Source of the DNA: an uncultured Acidobacteriaceae bacterium
GTDB taxonomy: Bacteria; Acidobacteriota; Terriglobia; Terriglobales; Acidobacteriaceae
Direction of reading: 5' to 3'
DNA length: 64,000 nt
Assembly: GCA_963818945.1 (NCBI GenBank)
Contig: CAWFUA010000004.1
Location: 254,976-318,975 of the forward strand
The position numbers were made by a program, and so were the translations under genes. Below the pieces are notes generated by a model. The model made no database searches and was not told where the DNA came from. It was given only the letters and a program-made list of their open reading frames with translations. Shown here one piece after another: positions 38,527 to 46,086 of the stretch; position 1 is the first letter of the stretch; every line of letters starts with the position of its first letter.

Positions 38527-38550
38527 CCACTTTCAACCACTTTTGACCAC
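38527..38550 (-). promoter_or_regulatory. Candidate MraZ operator: three GTGG boxes with exact 10-bp phasing
   Basis: The minus strand reads GTGGTCAAAAGTGGTTGAAAGTGGAATTAA (CCAC at 38527-30, 38537-40 and 38547-50 on +), ~190-210 nt upstream of the mraZ start. Confidence 0.45.
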
Positions 38551-38721
38551 ATCCTACGCCTAACTGGTTTATTGTCAATAGGAAAGTTCAAGGTTGAGAT
38601 TTCACTTCGGGACTCAAAGTGCGAAACGCCAAATCTTGGGGTTAACCAGAGTGGTGACCACAACTAATTGCGTTTAGGAGAATGGTTCTCCGCGCTAAGC
38701 TTCGCCTTATCTTCGCCTTAC

Positions 38722-38886
38722 GGAAATTGCGGCTGACGAGAAATCTGTGGAAAACGCGGGATGGTTCAAGTGTAATGGTTCGAACTCGCCCCTCGCGGAA
38801 GGGGTTGGCAAGGGTCCACGTATCGGACACGGACCGGCATCCGAATCAGGGGATTTTGAGTGCAACGGGGGTGTTACGTCAATCAC
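38722..38886 (+). repeat. Conserved non-coding module A, copy 1 (possible structured RNA)
   Basis: The core at 38777-38886 aligns at roughly 85% by eye with 50783-50892 (shared GTTCGAACTCG..GCGGA..GGGTTGGCAAGG...TCGGACAC..GCCGG.ATCCGAATCAGGGGAT.TTGAGTG.AA.CGGGG.TGTTACG.CAATCA). Stops differ in all frames between the copies. Confidence 0.7.
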
Positions 38887-38889
38887 TGC

Positions 38890-39378
38890 TCACGATTTCT
38901 GCGAGGAAGACACATTGCGAACGAATGAGTGCGGATTGCGTGCTTCTTCGGGATCGTCGGGCCACCCTTTACCCGATGCGTTCGCCAATTCTGAAAGCTT
39001 CTTGATGTCGGTCTGACGGATGGTATCCGTTACCTCACAACGCGATCTGTCCAAGGTTTTTGCCCCGATTACCTTCAAATAGTCCGAGAGTGCTGCGGCC
39101 TCAACGAAAACTCTTCCTGATCCAGCCCAATGGCGGTCTTTACCGTCCTGCTTTACACCCGAAACCCAAAACGATTCAGCTGTCTCCATGTCAACGTAAT
39201 TACCGCCCGATTCGCCGCGCCGCTGACCCTTCAGCTTCATCAAAGCTCGGCCATTGAAGTAGAGCGTCCGCCCAGTTTTTGATGGAGTGACAAAGCCAAT
39301 CCACGCGGGGCCGTTGTCGGAGTGGCCGCTCTTTAGCTCGATGTACCTAAGAAGCTTCACGTATCCCGAGTGTGCCAC
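38890..39378 (-). CDS. Conserved hypothetical protein
   Basis: 162 aa: MAHSGYVKLLRYIELKSGHSDNGPAWIGFVTPSKTGRTLYFNGRAL...YVDMETAESFWVSGVKQDGKDRHWAGSG. I can name no family. Confidence 0.6.
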   Translation of the reverse strand: MAHSGYVKLLRYIELKSGHSDNGPAWIGFVTPSKTGRTLYFNGRALMKLKGQRRGESGGNYVDMETAESFWVSGVKQDGKDRHWAGSGRVFVEAAALSDYLKVIGAKTLDRSRCEVTDTIRQTDIKKLSELANASGKGWPDDPEEARNPHSFVRNVSSSQKS

Positions 39379-39418
39379 ACGATCACTGCTTGATCAATTG
39401 ACGAAACCAGGCGGTACC

Positions 39419-39534
39419 ACAAGCTTGCGCCGCTGTTCGCCCTTCAGTCATTCGGCTCAAAAACCCTGTTACGGCCTGACAGTAGCGATCCCACTCGACA
39501 GCGTGGTGTGCCAGGTCAAGTCTTGGCTATCACA
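39419..39534 (+). repeat. Conserved non-coding module B, copy 1
   Basis: Aligns with 55098-55225 (shared AGGCG.TA.C.CAA.C.TGCGCCG.T.GTTC.C.CTTCAG.CATT..GCTCA.AAACC.TGTTACG.C.TGACAGTA.GCG..CCCA..C.ACAGCGTGG.GTGC.AGGTCAAGT.TTGGCTATCACA). An indel breaks any common reading frame. Confidence 0.7.
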
Positions 39535-39570
39535 GTTCAAGCAAACGGCGATCCACTTCCCGGGCTGGCG

Positions 39571-40380
39571 CTATTCCGGATCTCCCTCAAACACTCCCCG
39601 CGGGAGGCCGCCAACGATCACGCCTACGATCAAAGCAACTAGAAAGGTGTACCCGCCTTCGATCCACAGGAACTCCCGGCCAAAGTCCCAGTTACCGGCT
39701 ACCAGCAGTGCTCCTGCCACCAGCAGCCACAATGACACGGAGAGCTGGATACCACGCCAGACCGTACGAGTTCCAATCCACACCAGCAAACCGGCGACAC
39801 AGTAGGAAAACAGCAGGCAGGCGGCGACCGTCAGGAGATGGGGCATCCAGGTGCGGGCCAGGTCGTGAGCTTGCTGATCGGTGAGGCCGACGGTCTTCGC
39901 CCACGGCGAACGAAACACATACTCAGAATGCCACACTACGCCGAGAACCCAGGAAACTCCGGCCGCGATCAGCGCGGGTATGTGAGGAATACGGCTTTTG
40001 CCAAGCCGGACGGCAGCATTTGACTTGGGCTCAGGAACGGCGCGTTCGGCGTCCGGGATGCAAGCCTGATCGCACCCCGCGCGTTCGGGCCAGCGCGAGC
40101 AGGAGGCAAGGCTCACCTTGGGCTTGCCGCTCAATCCGGTGATCGCGGCACGAAACGCGTTGATGCGCACAGTAACGGGGGCGTGAGTTTCCGGACAATT
40201 CACCGTGCGTGTGCCGCGATAGTTGTTGTAGATGTGCTTGCCCCACAGAGCGGGCATGAACAGGATTAAACAGGCGGCGGTCAGGAACAGAAGTGACCAG
40301 ATGAGTAACAGCATGACCCACCTCCAGGCCCTGCGCAGAGGCGCGGGATGGAAGTCGTTCGACGGGCAGGGCCCTTGCAT
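39571..40380 (-). CDS. Membrane protein, Cys-rich N-terminal segment plus DUF1761-like C-terminal region
   Basis: 269 aa with several TM helices. WVLGVVWHSEYVFRSPWAKTVGLTDQQ resembles DUF1761 proteins; this assignment is tentative. Confidence 0.5.
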   Translation of the reverse strand: MQGPCPSNDFHPAPLRRAWRWVMLLLIWSLLFLTAACLILFMPALWGKHIYNNYRGTRTVNCPETHAPVTVRINAFRAAITGLSGKPKVSLASCSRWPERAGCDQACIPDAERAVPEPKSNAAVRLGKSRIPHIPALIAAGVSWVLGVVWHSEYVFRSPWAKTVGLTDQQAHDLARTWMPHLLTVAACLLFSYCVAGLLVWIGTRTVWRGIQLSVSLWLLVAGALLVAGNWDFGREFLWIEGGYTFLVALIVGVIVGGLPRGVFEGDPE

Positions 40381-40463
40381 TTTTACGCTATGCCGGTTCG
40401 GCTCGGCGCGCAGTGAGCGAGGTCACGGGTGTGGGTGAGGCGCGGGCGAGCGGCATTTTCCGC

Positions 40464-40991
40464 TCAGACCGCTTGCTGCTGTTTGAAGGCCTCACGAGTA
40501 ATCTGGTAAACGAGACTGTCCCACCCGCGGGCGTCCGGTCTGGTCCCGGAGCGAACTCCGCCGATTTTTTCCATGGCTCGTTGGGAGCGAAAATTCTGTG
40601 CCGCAACCAGAAAAACAACGCTGTCTACGAAACGGAATGCGTGCTCCAGCATGAGGCGCTTCATCTCGCGGTTGTAAGCGCCGCCCCAGTGCGACCTGGC
40701 TAAGAATGTCCAGCCGATTTCGATCTCGCTTCTGGCCGGGTCGTATCCATGGAATCGTGATGAGCCGATGATTCCGCCATCCCTGGAATCAATCGCTACC
40801 AATGCCCCGCCAGAGTCGATGCCCTCGCGAAAAAGTTGCTTGAAGATTTCAATCTTGTAGCGATCCATGGCGGGATGCTGCGCCCAGACAAGAGGATCCG
40901 ACGCCACGGCGTAAAGATCGTCAAAGTCCTCCTGCTGCATCGGCCGGAGGCCGAGGAGTTCGCCTATTAGAGTGGGCTGAAGGTCAAACAT
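40464..40991 (-). CDS. GNAT family N-acetyltransferase
   Basis: 175 aa: LRPMQQEDFDDLYAVASDPLVWAQHP, then a RimJ/RimL-like acetyl-CoA binding segment (VAAQNFRSQRAMEKIGG). Confidence 0.8.
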   Translation of the reverse strand: MFDLQPTLIGELLGLRPMQQEDFDDLYAVASDPLVWAQHPAMDRYKIEIFKQLFREGIDSGGALVAIDSRDGGIIGSSRFHGYDPARSEIEIGWTFLARSHWGGAYNREMKRLMLEHAFRFVDSVVFLVAAQNFRSQRAMEKIGGVRSGTRPDARGWDSLVYQITREAFKQQQAV

Positions 40992-41054
40992 AACTCAGAA
41001 TGAGCCATACCCATCGCTGTTCCTTTACCGGCCCCACAATAGCTGGTTAGGTGC

Positions 41055-42269
41055 TCAGTCCACCTGATGCTTGGCTGTGTATCCCTCTCGACAGTAGACA
41101 ATGTATTTCACGTCTTTGCCCTTCTGATCGTGAACCTTCAGCGGCCCGCCGTCGGGAGCCTGCAACTCGACCTTCAGTTTGCGGTAAGTGCCATCCAGCT
41201 TGGTGTTGGTGGGATGGTAAGCGATGGTGTATTGGTTGCGAATATCGGATGAGATCTGGTTGAAGATTTCCGGCAGTTCGCCTTGAAAACGCGGGAAATA
41301 GGCGTGTCCACCGGTGAGTTTGGCGAAAGTAGTCATCTGATTGTCGTTCTGGAGCCAGCCGACTTCGCGGGCGCCGCCGGCCATGCCGTGTGAGTCCATG
41401 TATTCGCGGATCCACCAGCCGATGCTAATGGGGTAGATAGTTATGTCTTTGGTGGACTTGACCTTCTTCAAAATCTGATCGTAAGTGAGCTTGCTGAAGG
41501 TATCCGCCCCGGAAGAAATCAGGATGATGTATTTCCTGCCTTCGATGCGGTCAATACGGTCCATGGTGTCGAACAGCGCGTCGAAGAGGTTGCGTTCGGA
41601 AAACCCAGGGAACCGCAGCATGTTGAGCGCACCAAGAACGGCGCGCTTGTCCTGCGTAAAGTCGACCAGAATCTGCGGCTTCATGTCGTAGAAGACCACC
41701 GCCACCCAGTCGTCCTTTCTCAGCCCGCTGGCGAAGGTGTAGGAAGCATTGAGGGCGTCATAGTTGTATGCACCCCACATGTTGGACGCGTACTCGATCA
41801 ACAGCACGGCAGTGATCGGAGCTTGCGTCTGATTGAAGGAAGAAATTTTCTGGGCCTGGCCATCTTCCATGATTTTGAAATTGTCCTGCTTCAGACCCGG
41901 TATGGTTTGGCCGTCTTTGGTGGTGACCAGTACATCGAGACTCACCAGGGGAACATCGACCTTGATCGAGTAGTCGGGCATGTTCTCGATCTTTTTCGGC
42001 TTTTCGGGCGCGGGTGGCGGCGGCTCTTCCTTCTTCTTGGGGATGACGTAGGGGCCGATATCGTTTTGCGGGCCACCGGCCTCGGGCGGGGCCTCCTGCT
42101 GGTTCGGATTTGCCGGCGGTGGCTGCGGCGGGGACTGCTGGGAGGTGCTTTGCGCGAGAACCAGGTAGCTCGCGCAAGCCAGCAATAAACAAGCAAAAGC
42201 CAAGGCGCTCAGACGCTTACGGGACTCTATAAGCCCCAGCCGAAGATGCACAAACAGCCTGGAAATCAT
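41055..42269 (-). CDS. VWA domain protein (VWFA-related Acidobacterial domain type)
   Basis: 404 aa with a signal/TM, a P-rich linker, VDVPLVSLDVLVTTKDGQTIPGLKQDNFKIMEDGQAQKISSF, and then a vWFA fold. Confidence 0.8.
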   Translation of the reverse strand: MISRLFVHLRLGLIESRKRLSALAFACLLLACASYLVLAQSTSQQSPPQPPPANPNQQEAPPEAGGPQNDIGPYVIPKKKEEPPPPAPEKPKKIENMPDYSIKVDVPLVSLDVLVTTKDGQTIPGLKQDNFKIMEDGQAQKISSFNQTQAPITAVLLIEYASNMWGAYNYDALNASYTFASGLRKDDWVAVVFYDMKPQILVDFTQDKRAVLGALNMLRFPGFSERNLFDALFDTMDRIDRIEGRKYIILISSGADTFSKLTYDQILKKVKSTKDITIYPISIGWWIREYMDSHGMAGGAREVGWLQNDNQMTTFAKLTGGHAYFPRFQGELPEIFNQISSDIRNQYTIAYHPTNTKLDGTYRKLKVELQAPDGGPLKVHDQKGKDVKYIVYCREGYTAKHQVD

Positions 42270-42429
42270 GGGAGGACCTCGAAACGACCTGTGCTAGTAT
42301 AGATGCAACAACTCTGCGGTTGGAATAGTTTGCAGGGTGCAAAATACCTCCTCTCCGGCAAAACCATTTTGACAGCACGCGGAGTCTAAGAAATCAGTGC
42401 GGTCATTTTCTGACCTCCGGGGACCCTCA

Positions 42430-44226
42430 ATGAGAATTACGGCGTTGCGCGCCGCCCTTCTGTGCCTAGCCGTCACTTTGCCTGCCAGCGCACTCGACAA
42501 ACCACCCATCATTCCACTGGATCAGATTCACGCCGGCATGAAAGGCACGGCGCTCACGGTGTTTCAGGGAGTCAAGCCGGAATCCATGGACGTGGAAGTT
42601 CTGGGCGTGCTGCATAACGTGAATGGACCCAAGGGCGACATCATTCTTGTGAGGCTGCATGGCGCCAAGCCCGAATATACGGGCGTGGTCGCAGGCATGA
42701 GCGGAAGCCCGGTGTACATCGACGGCAAACTGGCGGGCGCGCTGGCGTTCCGCATCGGCGAGTTTTCGAAGGAGCCGATCGCCGGGGTGACGCCGATTGA
42801 GGAGATGTTCGAGATCAACGCAATTGACGACCGGCCGGCGCCGGAACCGGTGCGGGTGAGTGCCACCGATAAGACGGGGAAGAGCGCGATGGCTGGTCCC
42901 GGAAATGGCGCGGCGTCGCTCGATCCGAGTCTTGCCGCGAGCTATCGCGAGTACCTGAGGCCGATCGAAGCACCATTTGTGTTTAACGGATTTTCCGATG
43001 CGACGATTGCGCGTTACGCGAATGAATTTGCGGCTGCGGGCATTGTGCCGGTCATGGGCACGGGATCGGCGAGCGGTGAAAAGCAGCCTGAGCCAATCGA
43101 GCCGGGCTCGGCCATCAGTGCGGTGCTGGTGCGCGGCGACATGGATATTGCGGCAACCTGCACGGTGACCTACGTCGATCCAAAACGACTGCTTGCGTGC
43201 GGGCATCCGCTGCTGCAGTTTGGCGCGGTGGACCTGCCGATGACGAAAGCGACGGTGGTGGCGACGCTGCCTTCGCCGCTCAATGCGTTCAAAATTGTCA
43301 ATACAACGGAAACGGTAGGCGCGTTTGTGCAGGACCGGCAATCGGGAATTCTTGGCGAGATGGGGCACGAGCCGAAGATGATTCCGGTGACGGTGACTTT
43401 GCGCGGCGGTTCGGCTCCGAAAGAGTTCCACTACGAAATTCTGAATAACGCGCGGCTCAGCCCACTGGCCATGATGGCTACGGTGTTTAACTCACTGCAC
43501 GGCAATAACGAATACGGTGAGGACACGACTTATCGCATGAACGGCGTGCTCAGCGTGAAGGGCTATCCGGACGTGACCATGCACAACATGTTTGCGCCGC
43601 AGGATAGCGGTCAGCCGGCGGCGGCGCTGGCGGCGGGCAGCATCGGAGAGCGCTTCGGGCGCATCTACAGCAATCCTTATGACGCTCCCGAGGTTCAGGG
43701 GGTGAAGCTCGACTTCGATCTGGTGCGGGAGCGGCGGTCGGCGCGCCTGGAAGCCTCGCGCACGGACGTGACCGAGGCGCGGCCGGGCGACCAGATTACG
43801 GTTGAGACCGTGATTCGTCCTTATCGCGGCGAGCGGCTGGTGCGGCAGATTCCGGTTCGCATACCAACTTCGGCATCGAAGGGCACGCTGCGCATTCTGG
43901 TGAGCGACGGCGACACGCTGGACCGCATGCATCGCGCCGCGCCGATGATGAGCCGCGGCCTGGGCCTGGCTCCGACGATCGCGCTGCTGAATAAAGAGCG
44001 CTCCAACGACCGCGTGTATGTTTCAATTTTCGATTCCGATCCGGAGGCGATGGTCGCGGACAAAATCATGCCTACTTTGCCGCTATCCGTGATGAACGTG
44101 ATGGAGAACATGCGCGGCACGCAGGATATGGTGGTGCTCGGCGAATCGTCAGTGAGCGAAGCTTCTACCGAGCCGCTGGAGTATGTGGTCTCCGGCGCGC
44201 AAATGCTGACGATTAATATCAAGTAG
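42430..44226 (+). CDS. Secreted SpoIVB/S55-like serine peptidase domain protein
   Basis: Signal MRITALRAALLCLAVTLPASA. GMSGSPVYIDGKLAGALAF is the S55-type catalytic-serine context. Confidence 0.7.
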   Translation: MRITALRAALLCLAVTLPASALDKPPIIPLDQIHAGMKGTALTVFQGVKPESMDVEVLGVLHNVNGPKGDIILVRLHGAKPEYTGVVAGMSGSPVYIDGKLAGALAFRIGEFSKEPIAGVTPIEEMFEINAIDDRPAPEPVRVSATDKTGKSAMAGPGNGAASLDPSLAASYREYLRPIEAPFVFNGFSDATIARYANEFAAAGIVPVMGTGSASGEKQPEPIEPGSAISAVLVRGDMDIAATCTVTYVDPKRLLACGHPLLQFGAVDLPMTKATVVATLPSPLNAFKIVNTTETVGAFVQDRQSGILGEMGHEPKMIPVTVTLRGGSAPKEFHYEILNNARLSPLAMMATVFNSLHGNNEYGEDTTYRMNGVLSVKGYPDVTMHNMFAPQDSGQPAAALAAGSIGERFGRIYSNPYDAPEVQGVKLDFDLVRERRSARLEASRTDVTEARPGDQITVETVIRPYRGERLVRQIPVRIPTSASKGTLRILVSDGDTLDRMHRAAPMMSRGLGLAPTIALLNKERSNDRVYVSIFDSDPEAMVADKIMPTLPLSVMNVMENMRGTQDMVVLGESSVSEASTEPLEYVVSGAQMLTINIK

Positions 44227-44252
44227 GCGGACCTGTGGCACTCGGCTAGTCA

Positions 44253-44636
44253 TCATCGTCTCGGGTGCATCGCAGCGATAAATAGCTCGGTGTTTTTCAT
44301 ATTCGCAACGCCTCTGATCTCACCCAGCCGATAGACTACGAAATACGATAGCCCGACTGCCACCGACACGAGGACAAGTAGGAAGGCCTCGATATCAGTG
44401 CCATGGACTGAGAGATGATCAGGGTAACGGATGGACGTAAACCCCCAGAAAACTCCTCCCAGAAGGAAAGTGCCCCACAAGGCAGCAACGATAATCGAAA
44501 CCCTCCGCGAGTGCGGCAGGGGCTCCGGAGGAGATGGACTCCCAAAGTTATACTCCCGCGACAAGAAACTCTCTGTCCAGTGTTTTAAGTAGAAAAAATA
44601 AGCCGCGCAGAATGCAAATACGATAAATACAATCAT
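44253..44636 (-). CDS. Hypothetical 3-TM membrane protein
   Basis: 127 aa in an AT-richer segment, with no recognisable family. Confidence 0.5.
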   Translation of the reverse strand: MIVFIVFAFCAAYFFYLKHWTESFLSREYNFGSPSPPEPLPHSRRVSIIVAALWGTFLLGGVFWGFTSIRYPDHLSVHGTDIEAFLLVLVSVAVGLSYFVVYRLGEIRGVANMKNTELFIAAMHPRR

Positions 44637-44669
44637 ATTCTTCTCACGCCTTGGTGGTTTACGTAACGC

Positions 44670-45266
44670 CTAACGGGGTTTCACGGCCCTTCGCGTCGGC
44701 TTACTGATTTGTTTGGCCATCTCGTACACTCGGCAGCCGAAACGGGTCTTACCAAATTCGGCAATTACTGGGCTTCCCCGTTCTCGTAGGTGGTTCTGCG
44801 GGAGAACCAATCCTGTGATAACACTCCTCCTGCCGAACACGCAAAGGAACGCCCTCCAGCTTGGTTCTTTGTTGAGGCAAGCCGACAGCTTTTTCAGATC
44901 ACCGTCGATCGCGATTTTCTTGACCCGGGCCCATTTGACCTCGATTGCGCACGTCAATTTCCGACGGCGAGCGACGAAATCGAGCTTCTTTTTGTCTCCA
45001 GTTTTGGGTTGCGGAATGCCTGGGCAAAGAACCTCGGATTGAACTGTGTATCCTCGGGCAGTCAGGATGCGCAAGATCGGTTCATATAAGACGTATTCAC
45101 TAAACGCTTCATTCATCTCACACGCGGCTAGATAGCTGACGTGGCCGGCCAGACCACGCTTGATCCGATAAAGGACATTATTCGGCTCCGAAAGTTCTTT
45201 CTTGCTAGTCATTTTGCGTGCCCCCTCATTCCAGTCCGTTTTGCCAAGCAATAGGATTGATCCCAT
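44670..45266 (-). CDS. Hypothetical protein with PD-(D/E)xK nuclease-like motif
   Basis: Up to 198 aa; an alternative ATG at 45212 has a GAGGG Shine-Dalgarno. The pattern E(YVLYEP)...LDFVARRR...CAIEVKW fits the E / D / E-x-K restriction-endonuclease-fold signature. Confidence 0.5.
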   Translation of the reverse strand: MGSILLLGKTDWNEGARKMTSKKELSEPNNVLYRIKRGLAGHVSYLAACEMNEAFSEYVLYEPILRILTARGYTVQSEVLCPGIPQPKTGDKKKLDFVARRRKLTCAIEVKWARVKKIAIDGDLKKLSACLNKEPSWRAFLCVFGRRSVITGLVLPQNHLRERGSPVIAEFGKTRFGCRVYEMAKQISKPTRRAVKPR

Positions 45267-45422
45267 AATATGCGGGTCTCCAGCTTTCTGTCCCTGTAAG
45301 ACACCCTGTGGCTTAGAGGCTCCGCGAACTCTCGCCGCGTCGTCGGCAACGCGGGGGTCGAGATTCGCGCGGGCGCCCCACTCAACCCTCTTTTGGCCTA
45401 AGTGGGAACTTCCAACGCCCTG

Positions 45423-45749
45423 CTAGTGCGGCCTGGGATTCAAAACGCGGCGCACGCGGTCGGGATCGCTGGCAATAACTAACAGATAGGCCCGCGTCGG
45501 CTGGTCGGGTTCCGCGCGACCCTGCTCCCAATCCCTCAGCGTTCCCAGCGGAATATGGTAACGGGCAGAAAACTCTTCTTGCGTCAATTCCAATGCGCGG
45601 CGGATGATTTTAGCCTGGGGCGTACGTTTCATCCGCTTGAGATCGGCTTGCGTCAGTGGCCGCGCGTCGCGGTCCAACTGAGCAGCCTTTTCGATTGCCT
45701 CCGGCGTCATGGGCCTAAGCATTCTGCCTGAAGTAGTCGTCTTGCTCAT
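45423..45749 (-). CDS. brnA: BrnA-type antitoxin (HTH)
   Basis: KRMKRTPQAKIIRRALELTQEEFSARYHIPLGTLRDWEQGRAEPDQPTRAYLLVIA. It lies immediately downstream of, and overlapping, brnT. Later ATGs at 45722 and 45710 are possible starts. Confidence 0.8.
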   Translation of the reverse strand: MSKTTTSGRMLRPMTPEAIEKAAQLDRDARPLTQADLKRMKRTPQAKIIRRALELTQEEFSARYHIPLGTLRDWEQGRAEPDQPTRAYLLVIASDPDRVRRVLNPRPH

Positions 45750-45993
45750 GTTGCGTGGCCCTCCGAGCCGAGATGATGCGGATGCGCTCCTTGCGTTCGG
45801 CGTAGGCGACAAACAAAAGAACCTGCCCTTCGGCCATGCCGACGATCACGAATCGTTCCTCGCCATAATCTTCGCGATCGTCAAGCCACTCAACGGCGAA
45901 CGGATCTCTGAATACGGTCTTCGCCAGCTCAAAAGCAACGCCATGAGCTTTCCAGTTGGCTTGAGCTTTGTCGTCGTCCCACTCGAACCGCAC
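45715..45993 (-). CDS. brnT: BrnT-family (DUF497) toxin
   Basis: 92 aa: MRFEWDDDKAQANWKAHGVAFELAKTVFRDPFAVEWLDDREDYGEERFVIVG...RIISARRATQHEQ. Confidence 0.9.
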   Translation of the reverse strand: MRFEWDDDKAQANWKAHGVAFELAKTVFRDPFAVEWLDDREDYGEERFVIVGMAEGQVLLFVAYAERKERIRIISARRATQHEQDDYFRQNA

Positions 45994-46086
45994 CTCCCTA
46001 TACTACGGGAAGCCAGTAGTAATGTCAATTGTCCAGCGGCGGCGGATTCGACAGCACGGATGCGAAATACCTGTTTAAATTGAAAT

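Noticed and set aside
38777-38795. GGTTCGAACTCG in module A as a tRNA T-arm or tRNA-derived att site
   Set aside because: The flanking bases do not form a T-stem, acceptor stem or any cloverleaf. The two A copies are only ~85% identical, unlike attL/attR duplicates.
42466-43431. 321 aa minus-strand ORF
   Set aside because: It is antisense to the S55-like peptidase and is an R/H-rich shadow frame.
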